A DNA stretch of 58,174 bases from a virus. Lineage: Duplodnaviria > Caudoviricetes. The notes under the pieces were generated by a model. The model saw nothing but the letters and a program-made list of their open reading frames with translations. It was not told where the DNA came from and did no database searches. The DNA is taken from positions 1-58,174 of IMG/VR virus record IMGVR_UViG_3300032309_000708; one strand, given 5' to 3'. Both the position numbers and the translations under genes were made by a program. The number at the start of each line of letters is the position of its first letter. Positions within the stretch are counted from its first letter, which is position 1. This document shows, piece after piece, positions 26,222-36,261 of the stretch.

Positions 26222-27730
26222 ATGTTTGGTTTCTCAGCATTTTCACAAGCGCCTTTTTCCACGTTAGGCGGGGCTAATGTTTTTACGGCTTCTGTTTCGG
26301 AGTCTATACAAGCATTAGCTGTTGATAGTGCAACAAGTGAACGGTTCGCTAGTTTATCGGAGTCTATAAACTTAAGTAGTACATTTGTAGTTACAGCGGA
26401 TTACTTTGGTAGTTTTGCAGACAGTGTTTTATTTGTAGACGTTATTAATGGTGATAGATTTTTATCAGCGGATATAGATGAGGATGCACAGTTTGATGCA
26501 GTTAATTCTGTTTTGCAAACAGCAGTTGGTGTCGTAGCTGAGCAAGTAGGGTTTAGTAACACGCAGTCTGTACAAGCAGATGTGTTAGGCGCAGCTTCTG
26601 AATCAACTAGATTTAGTGATGCTGTTAACAGAGCGTACTTTACAAACGTTGATGTTTTTGAGCCTATTCATGTTAGTGGGGTATTTACTGGCGGTTTCCA
26701 GAACCTTGCTGACTTTAACGACTCGATTGAATTATATGAGTTTAATATTGCTACATTCTTTCCGATTGTATTGTTTTTTGATAGGGTTAGAGTTAGTAGT
26801 AATGTTTCTGTACAGACAGACTTTGTAGCAGCACAAGACGAAGATATAAACGTAAGCGATACGGTATCAGGGCTACAAGAAGCAAATGCAGCTGTTACAG
26901 ATGCAATAGAAGTTACAGATACAAACGTAGCGCAAGTAGATTTTGCTGTAGATATAGATGAAGACGCGCAGTTTAATGCTATAAATTCTGCGGATCAAAC
27001 AGCGTTCGGCGCAGTTGACGAGACGGTAGAGTTTTCTAGTACAGAAACAGCTAGTTTACAATTTGTAGCCGCACGAAATGAAGCAATTAATGTAAGTGAA
27101 ATAAACGTAGTACAAGTTGATTTCTCTGTAGATATTGATGAGGATGCACAGTTAAATGCGATAGATGCAGTGCAGGTAGATTTTGCAGCGGCGGTAATAA
27201 ACGCAGCAAGGTTTAGTAGTAGTCAGGCAGTGCGTACAGAATTTGTAGCAGCAGTTAATGAGTTAGTGCAAGTTCAAGATTTGTTTATTGCGTTTTTGTC
27301 TTTCTTTGCGACACAAGCTGAGACAATAGAAGTAAGTAGTACCGAAGTCTCCCAGATAGATTTTGGTGCTGAAGTTGATGAAGTGGTACTAGCTGAGAGT
27401 GCTTTGACTGTACAAACTGATTTTGTTGTGGCGCGGAATGAATTTGTTAGACTGTTATCTATAGATAGCGGAAATGCAGATTTTGCAATACAGGTAATTG
27501 AGCAGATAAGATTATCTTCAGCGTTTTATGCAAGGTTCTTGTGGGAGCTGATTGAAGACGGTCAGATACCTAACTGGGACAATATAAATAGTGATGTGGT
27601 AGCTGGTTGGGCGTTAATGGATGACAGTCCGCCAGTAACTTGGCAAAATATTGACAGTGATGTAAACGCTGGTTGGGGTACGGAAGATACAAATCCTACT
27701 CCAACTTGGGACAAAATAAACACGGTATAA
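26222..27730 (+). CDS. acidic repetitive putative fibre protein
   Basis: MFGFSAFSQAPFSTL N-terminus, about 20-aa V/D/E/F periodicity, DIDEDAQ three times, W-rich C-terminal repeats. Confidence 0.65.
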   Translation: MFGFSAFSQAPFSTLGGANVFTASVSESIQALAVDSATSERFASLSESINLSSTFVVTADYFGSFADSVLFVDVINGDRFLSADIDEDAQFDAVNSVLQTAVGVVAEQVGFSNTQSVQADVLGAASESTRFSDAVNRAYFTNVDVFEPIHVSGVFTGGFQNLADFNDSIELYEFNIATFFPIVLFFDRVRVSSNVSVQTDFVAAQDEDINVSDTVSGLQEANAAVTDAIEVTDTNVAQVDFAVDIDEDAQFNAINSADQTAFGAVDETVEFSSTETASLQFVAARNEAINVSEINVVQVDFSVDIDEDAQLNAIDAVQVDFAAAVINAARFSSSQAVRTEFVAAVNELVQVQDLFIAFLSFFATQAETIEVSSTEVSQIDFGAEVDEVVLAESALTVQTDFVVARNEFVRLLSIDSGNADFAIQVIEQIRLSSAFYARFLWELIEDGQIPNWDNINSDVVAGWALMDDSPPVTWQNIDSDVNAGWGTEDTNPTPTWDKINTV

Positions 27731-27733
27731 ACA

Positions 27734-28222
27734 ATGGCCTTTGTATTAAAAGACAGGGTAAAAGAAAGCACAACCACAGTTGGTACCGGCTCTGTTGTTT
27801 TAACTGGGGCGGCGACTGGGTTTCAATCTTTTTCTGCTATTGGTGACGGTAATAATACGTATTACACGATTGCTGGACAAGGAACAAGTGAGTGGGAAGT
27901 TGGTATTGGCACTTATACGTCATCAACTACAAGTTTATCCCGCGATACAGTTTTAGCGTCAAGTAATAGTGGCAGCTTAGTTTCGTTTTCCGCTGGAACT
28001 AAAGACGTATTTGTTACTTATCCTGCGCTGCAAGCTGTATATGAGGATACGGGTAATGCAATAATACCCGGTATATCAGGTGCTATTTATTTAAACGCAG
28101 CAACAGTAACGCAGAACACTACGATTTCCGCTGGGTATAATGGCTCAAGTGCTGGCCCAATGACTGTGGCAAATGGTATTACCGTGACTTTAGATAATGG
28201 CACAAGATGGGTTGTGAACTAA
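27734..28222 (+). CDS. putative tail fibre-associated protein
   Basis: [20 protein letters not shown] and KDVFVTYPA motifs. Confidence 0.7.
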   Translation: MAFVLKDRVKESTTTVGTGSVVLTGAATGFQSFSAIGDGNNTYYTIAGQGTSEWEVGIGTYTSSTTSLSRDTVLASSNSGSLVSFSAGTKDVFVTYPALQAVYEDTGNAIIPGISGAIYLNAATVTQNTTISAGYNGSSAGPMTVANGITVTLDNGTRWVVN

Positions 28223-28232
28223 GGATTATGAA

Positions 28233-29249
28233 ATGACAACTACGTATTCAAACAACCTACGATTAAACCTGATTGGTACAGGCGATCAAGCTGGTGTCTG
28301 GGGCAATACTACTAACACTAACTTGGGTACGCTACTAGAGGCAGCGATTGCGGGTGTTACTTCAGTTGCAGTTACTTCCACTTCACAAGCGCTAACGGCA
28401 TTTAACGGCGCAGCAGACCAATCAAGACAAGCAGTAGTAGTACTTACAGGTACTCCGGGCGGTGCGGCTTCTGTTTATATACCACCTGCTACTAAGACTT
28501 ACATCATAAAAAATAGTACCAATCAAATCGTTACTATTGTAGTTTCAACAGCATTAAATGGTACTACACCATCAGGTGGTACTACGGTAGTTATCCCAGT
28601 TGGAAGAATAACGATTGTTGCTTGCGATGCGGTAAACGTAACTACAGCTATAGATCATGTGGCAGGTGCGTTTAGTGCGGCAGGTAACTTAAGTGCTACT
28701 GGTAATTTATCTATATCAGGTAATGGTACGTTTAGTGGTACAGGCGGTGTAACTCTACCAGTCGGTACAACAGCTCAACAAGCTGGTGGTCAGGGTACGA
28801 TCCGCTACAACACATCTTTATCCCGTTTTGAAGGTAATGACGGCTCACAGTGGGCTGCTATTGCTGGGGGTGGTGGCGGTGCTACAGGTGGTGGTACTAA
28901 CCAAGTGTTCTTAGAGAATGACCAGCAGATAACAGCGAGCTATACAATACCTGCTACAAAGAACGCAATGAGTACTGGTCCAATTGCAGTAGTATCTGCC
29001 GAAGTTACAGGTTCTATATTTGGCACTACATTAACTGTTACAGCTGTTACTTCCGGTGCTTTATATGTCGGTGCAGTTATTGAAGGTACAGGTGTTACAG
29101 TAGGTACAACAGTTACAGCTTTTGTTACGGGTACAGGCGGCGTAGGCGACTATACAGTTAGCGCATCCCAAACAGTAGCTAGTACAACAATCACATCAAA
29201 CGTAACCGTGACGGTATCAAACGGTGCGAACTGGGTAGTTATAGGTTAA
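28233..29249 (+). CDS. tail fibre protein
   Basis: TG.QAG.WG.TTN.N N-terminus, [13 protein letters not shown] knot, GATGGG linker. Confidence 0.75.
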   Translation: MTTTYSNNLRLNLIGTGDQAGVWGNTTNTNLGTLLEAAIAGVTSVAVTSTSQALTAFNGAADQSRQAVVVLTGTPGGAASVYIPPATKTYIIKNSTNQIVTIVVSTALNGTTPSGGTTVVIPVGRITIVACDAVNVTTAIDHVAGAFSAAGNLSATGNLSISGNGTFSGTGGVTLPVGTTAQQAGGQGTIRYNTSLSRFEGNDGSQWAAIAGGGGGATGGGTNQVFLENDQQITASYTIPATKNAMSTGPIAVVSAEVTGSIFGTTLTVTAVTSGALYVGAVIEGTGVTVGTTVTAFVTGTGGVGDYTVSASQTVASTTITSNVTVTVSNGANWVVIG

Positions 29250-29259
29250 GGAGTAACAC

Positions 29260-30219
29260 ATGGCAAGTACAATTAAAGCCGGTAATGCAACAACTGGTCT
29301 GGCAATGTCGTCAGACGGTACAGGCACACTAAATATATTAACGGGCACGGGTAGCGGTACAACCGCGATGACGATTGATGCTTCTCAAAATGTGGGGATT
29401 GGCATAAGTTCAACAAATGGGTATTGGGGTTCAACAAATACAGATGCAAAAGTAAATATTGCGTATTCGTCTTCTGGAACTACTTTTGATACTTCTACCA
29501 AAGGTTTAGTTTTGCAAAATACAAATACAACCACAAGCAATACCACTTCTTTAATTTTTGGAAGTCAAAACACTGGGGGCACTGGAATTGCACAAGCCGC
29601 CATTTATTCAATAAATGGAACAAGAGGCGGTGCATTTAACTCCGGTCAACTTGGTTTTTCTTATGCAAATTCTTCTGGTGTTCTTACAGAAGCAATGCGT
29701 ATTGATGCTAGCGGTAATTTGTTTGTAAATACAACAAGTCAAATTGGAAGCGCATCAAAGATGGCAATTTTATGTCCGTCTGGTTTTTCTGGTTTAAATA
29801 TTCAAATTGGCTTAAACGGTCAAAATGGTGTTGTTTTTTACAATACAAGTGTTGGTGTAGTAGGCGCAATTGCTATTAATGCGTCAACAACAACTTATGG
29901 CACAACTTCTGATTATCGCCTCAAAGAAAACGTGCAGCCTATGATTGGCGCATTAGATAAGGTGGCATTACTTAAACCAGTTACTTATAACTGGAAAGCT
30001 GATGGTTTAGATGGCCAAGGGTTTATAGCGCACGAATTGCAAGCTGTTGTACCTGATGCTGTTATTGGTGGAAAAGACGATGTTGATGATGAAGGTAACC
30101 CAAAGTATCAAAGCATAGATACATCATTCTTGGTAGCTACATTAACCGCAGCAATTCAAGAGCAACAAGTAATGATTCAAGAACTTAGCGCAAAAGTTGC
30201 GGCATTGGAGGCTAGATAA
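29260..30219 (+). CDS. tail fibre with C-terminal intramolecular chaperone (peptidase S74)
   Basis: MRIDASGN repeats, SDYRLKENV cleavage motif, GFIAHE, terminal coiled coil. Confidence 0.85.
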   Translation: MASTIKAGNATTGLAMSSDGTGTLNILTGTGSGTTAMTIDASQNVGIGISSTNGYWGSTNTDAKVNIAYSSSGTTFDTSTKGLVLQNTNTTTSNTTSLIFGSQNTGGTGIAQAAIYSINGTRGGAFNSGQLGFSYANSSGVLTEAMRIDASGNLFVNTTSQIGSASKMAILCPSGFSGLNIQIGLNGQNGVVFYNTSVGVVGAIAINASTTTYGTTSDYRLKENVQPMIGALDKVALLKPVTYNWKADGLDGQGFIAHELQAVVPDAVIGGKDDVDDEGNPKYQSIDTSFLVATLTAAIQEQQVMIQELSAKVAALEAR

Positions 30220-30830
30220 TGACAGCGGGAATTAAAGCAAACGTAGACGGCTCCGGTGCCATACAGACAAATGGTATTGATGCTATTCAGATTAGTACAG
30301 GACAAGCTGTTACCGTCCCACAAACTTTGACTGTAACTGGAACGTTAAATGCTAATGGTGGTGGCACTATTAAATCAGGTACAGCGCAAGCGTCTACTAG
30401 CGGAACAAGCATTGACTTTACGGGCATCCCTTCATGGGTAAAGCGCATTACTGTAATGTTTAATGGTGTTTCTACTAATGGCTCAAGCTCTGTACAAATA
30501 CAGATAGGCTCTGGTTCTATAACAACATCAGGATATGTTAGTGCTAGTGCATATACAGGGGCATCTGCTTCTGGCGTAACTTCATCAACTGGATTTTCTA
30601 TAACAGCTAATGCAACAGGAGCTTCAAATTTATATAGTGGACAATGCACAATAAGTCTTATTAGTTCTAATTCTTGGATTCAAGCATCTACCGTAGCTAG
30701 AACAGATGGATATGCAATTATGGGCGGTGGTTCTATTACTTTAGGCGGAGCGTTAGACAGAGTTCGTATCACTACAGTTAACGGCACAGATACATTCGAT
30801 GCTGGTTCAATAAATATTTTGTACGAATAA
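30219..30830 (+). CDS. tail fibre tip-like protein
   Basis: STSGTSIDFTGIPSWVKRIT and FDAGSINILYE motifs. Confidence 0.65.
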   Translation: MTAGIKANVDGSGAIQTNGIDAIQISTGQAVTVPQTLTVTGTLNANGGGTIKSGTAQASTSGTSIDFTGIPSWVKRITVMFNGVSTNGSSSVQIQIGSGSITTSGYVSASAYTGASASGVTSSTGFSITANATGASNLYSGQCTISLISSNSWIQASTVARTDGYAIMGGGSITLGGALDRVRITTVNGTDTFDAGSINILYE

Positions 30831-30840
30831 GAGGTAACAA

Positions 30841-31269
30841 ATGCCTATATCTATAAGTGCAACTAACGGCTTGAGCGGGATGCCCGCTATCTATGAGAAC
30901 GCTACTGTCTCTGCTATTGCGGCTACTGGTACGATTAACTACGACGTGCTAACTCAGTCTATCCTGCAATACACAACCAATGCGTCAGCTAACTGGACAT
31001 TAAACATCCGTGGCAATAGTTCTACTACGCTGAACTCAATAATGCTTACCGGTCAGGCTATCACTGTTGTTTTCTCAGCAGCTCAAGGCGGCACGGCTTA
31101 TTACAACAATGTATTCCAAATTGATGGTGTTACTGTTACACCAAAGTGGCAAGGTAACGCCGCACCGACATCAGGTAATACAAGTGCTACTGACGTGTAT
31201 ACATACGCTATTATTAAGACCGGCAGTGGTACATACAACGTACTTGCTTCGCAATCCAAGTTTGTATAA
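30841..31269 (+). CDS. tail fibre-associated beta protein
   Basis: PKWQG..PTSG and DVYTY.IIKT motifs. Confidence 0.65.
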   Translation: MPISISATNGLSGMPAIYENATVSAIAATGTINYDVLTQSILQYTTNASANWTLNIRGNSSTTLNSIMLTGQAITVVFSAAQGGTAYYNNVFQIDGVTVTPKWQGNAAPTSGNTSATDVYTYAIIKTGSGTYNVLASQSKFV

Positions 31270-31278
31270 GGAATAGTT

Positions 31279-32070
31279 ATGCCATTATTAGGAACAACTG
31301 GCACGGCTTCTGCAAAAGCTTTTAACCTATACGGTATTAAGAGTAGGGCAACTATCCCTTTGACTATTTCATCTAACTCCTATAACTACGATGTTTTTAC
31401 AAACCGTGGACCAACTTACGTTGCTGGCGCATCCGACCTTGTTGTAACTGTAAACCCCGGCATTACATTAGGTAGTACTTCTACAGGCACTTATGCTTTA
31501 CTTGTACCAAACGCGTTTAGCCCATTAGATACAGTAACAATTGTTAATAACGGTGTTATTCAAGGTATGGGCGGTGCTGGCGGTAGAGGCTCAGGGATTT
31601 TTCCGACTACTGCCGCAATAGCCGGTTCTGTTGGAGGAAATGCGATTTATGTTAACCGCCCAACTACTATTACTAATAACGGTACTGTAGCTAGTGGAGG
31701 CGGTGGCGGTGGCGGTGGTGGCAACAATACTAACCCAAAAACAGGTAATGGCGTACGTGGCGGTGGCGGAGGCGGCGGTGCTGGTTTTGATGGCGGTGCA
31801 GGTGGTGCAGTTGGTCCGGGTCCGGGTCCGGGTAGCGCTGGCTCTCCCGGTACATCTCCGGGTGGAGGCGCAGGCGGTGCGGGGGGTGTTGCCCCCGGTT
31901 TTACTAGTGGTACGGGCGGAGCCGGTGGCGGACGAGGTGCGGTAGGAACACCGGGAGGAAACGGCGGTAGTACTAGTGGTGCTGGCGGCGGCGCAGCGGG
32001 AAATTATATAGTAGGCAATCCGTTTGTAACTTGGTCTGTAACAGGAACGCGACAAGGTAATGTGGCTTAA
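31279..32070 (+). CDS. glycine-rich adhesin (T-even gp38-like architecture)
   Basis: NNG.IQG.GG.GG, NNGTVASGGGGGGGG, many polyglycine runs, terminal GGGAAG..I.G..W...G. Confidence 0.7.
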   Translation: MPLLGTTGTASAKAFNLYGIKSRATIPLTISSNSYNYDVFTNRGPTYVAGASDLVVTVNPGITLGSTSTGTYALLVPNAFSPLDTVTIVNNGVIQGMGGAGGRGSGIFPTTAAIAGSVGGNAIYVNRPTTITNNGTVASGGGGGGGGGNNTNPKTGNGVRGGGGGGGAGFDGGAGGAVGPGPGPGSAGSPGTSPGGGAGGAGGVAPGFTSGTGGAGGGRGAVGTPGGNGGSTSGAGGGAAGNYIVGNPFVTWSVTGTRQGNVA

Positions 32071-32085
32071 ATTTAGGAGTAAAAA

Positions 32086-32430
32086 ATGCAATATATAAGA
32101 ATGAAAGTCGTATCGTTTGATGAATCAACATACTCATTACTTTGCTCATTTGCATCGGACGAAACACAATCACATAATCCAGCAGACTACCCTGCGTACG
32201 CGTACCAACCTATGAATATGTGGCCTGATATTTCTGACCCAGAAATAATTAAACAGCGTATTGCATTAGCTGGGGTAGGTGTAGCTGAGAACGAAGCGCG
32301 TGAAGAAAAATTTAAAGCTGACCCTGTAAAAGTTGAACAATATAAAGCTATGGTTGGTTCAGTTGTTGAATACCCTGTTACGCCATTACTCTCAGGAAAA
32401 ACAGTTTATCCTACTGAGGTAATACTATGA
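32086..32430 (+). CDS. hypothetical protein
   Basis: AGGAG RBS, 114 aa; follows the adhesin. Confidence 0.65.
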   Translation: MQYIRMKVVSFDESTYSLLCSFASDETQSHNPADYPAYAYQPMNMWPDISDPEIIKQRIALAGVGVAENEAREEKFKADPVKVEQYKAMVGSVVEYPVTPLLSGKTVYPTEVIL

Positions 32431-32921
32431 TTATGCTAAATACAGTTAACTGTCGTGGGTTTGTATCGTGTTCTGTTGCGCTATCCCCGTCAGAAAAATT
32501 TATGCATCCTAATGCGGGTACAGGTATTAATAATCAGTTTATATACTTGCTTAGTGGTTCAATAGAAGCCGCTCCCGCTAACGGCGAAAAATTTATTATG
32601 CAGGAAAAAACATTGTATGATATGGAAGCATATATGGGTTCCCCTATTACATTTACTGATATGGGTACAGGATGCTATTCATTCGGCATAAACCCCGTTC
32701 CAGAGAATAAATTTTTTTCTGAAGAATTATTAGTTGGTCCAGTTACAAAAACTATTAACGGCACAGTACAAGAGCAATTTATTATCTGTATAGAAGGTAA
32801 CATAGTATGTAATAGTGTTTCGCTAAACTCAACGCAATATGCCAATATACTCAATAACAAAGTTGTAAATGTAGATATACCGGAAGGGGCTGTTGCTATT
32901 GTTTTTACTGTTAGAAGCTGA
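32427..32921 (+). CDS. putative cupin-like beta-barrel protein
   Basis: IYLLSGSI and IICIEGNI duplicated cupin-type strands. Confidence 0.5.
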   Translation: MIMLNTVNCRGFVSCSVALSPSEKFMHPNAGTGINNQFIYLLSGSIEAAPANGEKFIMQEKTLYDMEAYMGSPITFTDMGTGCYSFGINPVPENKFFSEELLVGPVTKTINGTVQEQFIICIEGNIVCNSVSLNSTQYANILNNKVVNVDIPEGAVAIVFTVRS

Positions 32922-32922
32922 A

Positions 32923-33471
32923 ATGAAACATGCAAAAAAACTTCCATTTACTTTTGAAAATGGGGTTAACGCGCTTAATGCATTTAAACGTTTACGCGTA
33001 TTAGATGCGTATGGCAAAAATAAAAACACAGGTAAATATAGTATAACTAAAAAATACATACCTAAAAAAGCAGTACATGAATTTAAACAAGTTATACCTG
33101 AAGAATTAATGCCACACTTACTAGGCATAATAGAGTCTGAAATTTCATCGCTTGCGCCCCATGTACATACAGAGGAACAGTGCGTAATTAATTTTTATAA
33201 GAATACAAATCAAGAAGTTACTTCAATGTATGAGGGTCGTATAGAAAAATATGAAGATAATATGGAAGATAACGGTAACGGATACTATTTAGTTAATCCA
33301 CACTTATTAGAAAAAACAGAAGAATTTGTAGCTAAAGATGGTGATGTTTGGTTATTAAATACTAGACAACCTCACTCTGTACAAGAAACCGCAACTATTA
33401 GTGGAAAACCTAGAACAGTTATACAAGCGTTTTTTGATATTCCTTACGAAAAAGCAGCTAAATTATTATGA
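32923..33471 (+). CDS. putative double-stranded beta-helix oxygenase
   Basis: PHVH, DGDVWLLN..PHSV and distal R. Confidence 0.55.
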   Translation: MKHAKKLPFTFENGVNALNAFKRLRVLDAYGKNKNTGKYSITKKYIPKKAVHEFKQVIPEELMPHLLGIIESEISSLAPHVHTEEQCVINFYKNTNQEVTSMYEGRIEKYEDNMEDNGNGYYLVNPHLLEKTEEFVAKDGDVWLLNTRQPHSVQETATISGKPRTVIQAFFDIPYEKAAKLL

Positions 33472-34064
33472 GCCAAACAAGAGAAATATTTAATAAACAC
33501 GGCGCGGTGCATGTAACAAAGCTAGTGCCACCAGACTTTTATAAGTTCTTTACTCATGTGTTAATGCGTCAGGCGGACCTAAACCCCCACGGTGACATAC
33601 AGATACCAAACGCTAAAGCTATTCTTGAGCATGAGTATATGTTTGAGACGCTGCACGAGTTGTACTGGGATTCTGTAGAAGAAATTGTAGGTGAAGAGCT
33701 ACTGCCGACCTATGCGTATGCTAGGCTATATAGTAATGGTGATGTACTAACAAAACACACTGATCGTCCTGCATGTGAAGTTAGTGTAACAATACAACTT
33801 GGTAGATCGCATCACTACGCATGGCCTATCTATATGGGTGGACAACGATTCGATCTTGGTGAAGGTGACGGCGTTATATATAAAGGCTGTGATATAGAAC
33901 ATTGGCGTGACAAGTGTGATGGTCCTGATGGTTATTACTCAGGGCAAGTGTTTTTGCATTACGTACGTAAAAATGGCTCTTATGCTTCAGAAGCAGGTGA
34001 TTCTACATACCGTAGTGCATATTCATACGTTAAAAACAGAACAGACTTAATGGAGAATAAGTGA
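33468..34064 (+). CDS. 2OG-Fe(II) oxygenase
   Basis: YARLY, HTDRPACE, HWR and QVFLHYV. Confidence 0.85.
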   Translation: MSQTREIFNKHGAVHVTKLVPPDFYKFFTHVLMRQADLNPHGDIQIPNAKAILEHEYMFETLHELYWDSVEEIVGEELLPTYAYARLYSNGDVLTKHTDRPACEVSVTIQLGRSHHYAWPIYMGGQRFDLGEGDGVIYKGCDIEHWRDKCDGPDGYYSGQVFLHYVRKNGSYASEAGDSTYRSAYSYVKNRTDLMENK

Positions 34065-34549
34065 TTGTTGTTATTGACAATGTATTACCTGAAGATAAAA
34101 GATTAGCTGTTAAAGATTATTTTTCGTTTCAGCCAAAAGAGGCAACAACTTATTGGCATGGCGGGAAAATAAATTATTTTTTAGAAGATAATTCTCCGTT
34201 AAGTGATTTAGTAAAACACGCAGCTAAATTTATAGATGTAAATAATATGGTTGGTAGTGAATATTGGACGCATTACGGTACAAAACCAGATTGGCATGTC
34301 GATAAAGATGAAAAAAAGTTAGCTAAAACAGGCGAAATTAGCTTACCTTTATGTGTGGTTGTTTACTACCCTATAGTTGAAAATTTACTAGGTGGGAAAT
34401 TTATGACAAGAACAGAAGTTATAACACCTAAAACTAATAGGGCAATTATTATGTCGTCTGATATAGAACATATGGTTGAAGACTATAGCGGGAATCGTAT
34501 GTCAGTAGCTGTAAATATATGGGATTACGTTTTAGAGGAATTTAAATGA
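34061..34549 (+). CDS. 2OG-Fe(II) oxygenase
   Basis: WHVDKDE, PK.NR, H.V and R.S..VN.W. Confidence 0.8.
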   Translation: MIVVIDNVLPEDKRLAVKDYFSFQPKEATTYWHGGKINYFLEDNSPLSDLVKHAAKFIDVNNMVGSEYWTHYGTKPDWHVDKDEKKLAKTGEISLPLCVVVYYPIVENLLGGKFMTRTEVITPKTNRAIIMSSDIEHMVEDYSGNRMSVAVNIWDYVLEEFK

Positions 34550-35148
34550 TATATCCAATTCCACCACGTAACGTACCCGGCAAAGAAACAATTGCGTATT
34601 GGGAAGGATTTTTAACTCCTGAAGATATTACTTTGATTCTCTCGCAGCCAGAATGGCTACAGCTGCAACCCGGCTGTATAGGTGGTGCTACAGATAACGG
34701 TACAGTGAATAAAGAAGTACGGTCTACAGAATTAGCGTGGCTTGGTGTTAAACCAGAACTACGTCACATTTGGGAAAAGTTTGCGCAAGCAACGGCTGAA
34801 GTTAACAGTCGTTTTTTCCATTTTGATTTAACAGGCTTTCATGAACCCATGCAGTTAGGTGTGTATCACGCATCAGATAATGGGCATTACAACTGGCACG
34901 TTGATGCAGGGATGGGAGATAGAAACGCGCCTCGTAAATTATCTTTATCTATGTTGTTATCTGACCCGTCTGAATTTGAGGGTGGTGAGTTTCAGGTAAA
35001 GACGGATGACGACAATGTAAAACAATTAGAAACAGTAAAAGGACGTGCGTGGTTTTTCCCGTCTTACACCCTGCATAGAGTTGCTCCAGTAACAAAAGGT
35101 GTGCGCCGCTCGTTAGTATTATGGGTAGGTGGCCCACCGTTTAGATAA
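34546..35148 (+). CDS. 2OG-Fe(II) oxygenase (prolyl-4-hydroxylase/PKHD-like)
   Basis: YNWHVD, RKLS, FEGGE, FPSYTLHRVAPVTKGVRRSLVLW. Confidence 0.9.
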   Translation: MIYPIPPRNVPGKETIAYWEGFLTPEDITLILSQPEWLQLQPGCIGGATDNGTVNKEVRSTELAWLGVKPELRHIWEKFAQATAEVNSRFFHFDLTGFHEPMQLGVYHASDNGHYNWHVDAGMGDRNAPRKLSLSMLLSDPSEFEGGEFQVKTDDDNVKQLETVKGRAWFFPSYTLHRVAPVTKGVRRSLVLWVGGPPFR

Positions 35149-35160
35149 GAAAGATGAATC

Positions 35161-35319
35161 ATGGATACGTTTGATCTTTTAGTTAAAGGATGGCCTATTT
35201 TGTTGGCGTTAATTACGCTGATTATTGTGCTGTCTAAGTTAGACTTGCGTGTTGCAGTTCTTGAAGAAAAAGTCAAAGTGCTGTTTGAACAAATGAACAA
35301 AATAAGGGATAAACAATGA
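35161..35319 (+). CDS. small single-TM lysis-module protein (52 aa, not in ORF track)
   Basis: WPILLALITLIIVL TM segment plus coiled coil; overlaps the holin start. Confidence 0.65.
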   Translation: MDTFDLLVKGWPILLALITLIIVLSKLDLRVAVLEEKVKVLFEQMNKIRDKQ

Positions 35320-35816
35320 TTCCATTACTTGTACCAATCCTTACTCAACTTGCAGGTGCAGGCATGCAAAAGGTCGTTGACGCTGTATTAGATAAGGGCG
35401 TTGACGTTGTTGAAGAAAAGCTCGGTATTACTTTGACACCCGACGTTGACGGCAAGTTATCAGAGGAAAAGATTGCATCGCTAAAAGAAGCCGCAATGAA
35501 GCACGAAGAGTTTATGTTTGAGCAGGAAGTCAAAGACCGTAGCAGCGCTCGTCAGCGTGAAGTTGATATTGCCACTAACGAGAACGTACCACTAATTAAC
35601 AAGATCATAACCCCAGCGTTAGCTATATTTGTAGTGCTTTCATCGTTTATCTTGTTTGGTATTTTGATCTTTGTAGATGTACGTCCTGAAGCTAAAGACA
35701 TCCTGGTCTATATATTAGGCGTGCTGTCTGCGGCGGTTACTCAGATTCTTTCATACTACTTTGGCTCATCCCAAGGCAGCAAGGATAAGTCAGAACTAAT
35801 GGCGCTAAAAAAATGA
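35316..35816 (+). CDS. putative holin
   Basis: DR.SAR.RE, two C-terminal TM helices, YYFGSS.GS; directly before the endolysin. Confidence 0.7.
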   Translation: MIPLLVPILTQLAGAGMQKVVDAVLDKGVDVVEEKLGITLTPDVDGKLSEEKIASLKEAAMKHEEFMFEQEVKDRSSARQREVDIATNENVPLINKIITPALAIFVVLSSFILFGILIFVDVRPEAKDILVYILGVLSAAVTQILSYYFGSSQGSKDKSELMALKK

Positions 35817-36259
35817 ACTTATCACCGAGCTTTACCCTAGAGGAAATGACCTCTAGTCAGACAGCGGAACGGCATGGTATTGATAACACACCAGATAATG
35901 ATGTACTGATGAATCTGCGCCGGTTGGCTTTGTTTTTGGAAGACGTGCGTACTGCTGTAGGTATGCCATTACGCATTAGTTCTGGTTATCGCAGCCCCGA
36001 AGTAAACCAAAAAGTTGGTGGAAAATCAACCAGCCAACATTGCCGTGGGGTTGCAGCAGACCTCAAAGTAAAAGGCATGACACCTGACCAAGTTGTCAGA
36101 GCAATAATAAAAGCTGGGCTACCCTACGATCAAGTAATACGCGAATTTGATAGCTGGACACATGTTAGTATTTCTAATACAAAAGATGAAAAGCCCCGTA
36201 AAATGGCGCTAATTATTGACAAAAATGGGGCAAGACCATTCCCTAAAACTGAGGTTTAA
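35813..36259 (+). CDS. endolysin, peptidase M15A family
   Basis: SSGYRS..VN..VGG..TSQH..G.AAD and W.HVS motifs. Confidence 0.9.
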   Translation: MNLSPSFTLEEMTSSQTAERHGIDNTPDNDVLMNLRRLALFLEDVRTAVGMPLRISSGYRSPEVNQKVGGKSTSQHCRGVAADLKVKGMTPDQVVRAIIKAGLPYDQVIREFDSWTHVSISNTKDEKPRKMALIIDKNGARPFPKTEV

Positions 36260-36261
36260 AT

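Noticed and set aside
29260-32070. Diversity-generating retroelement or invertible fibre cassette
   Set aside because: No reverse transcriptase or invertase in the window and no template/variable repeat pair seen.
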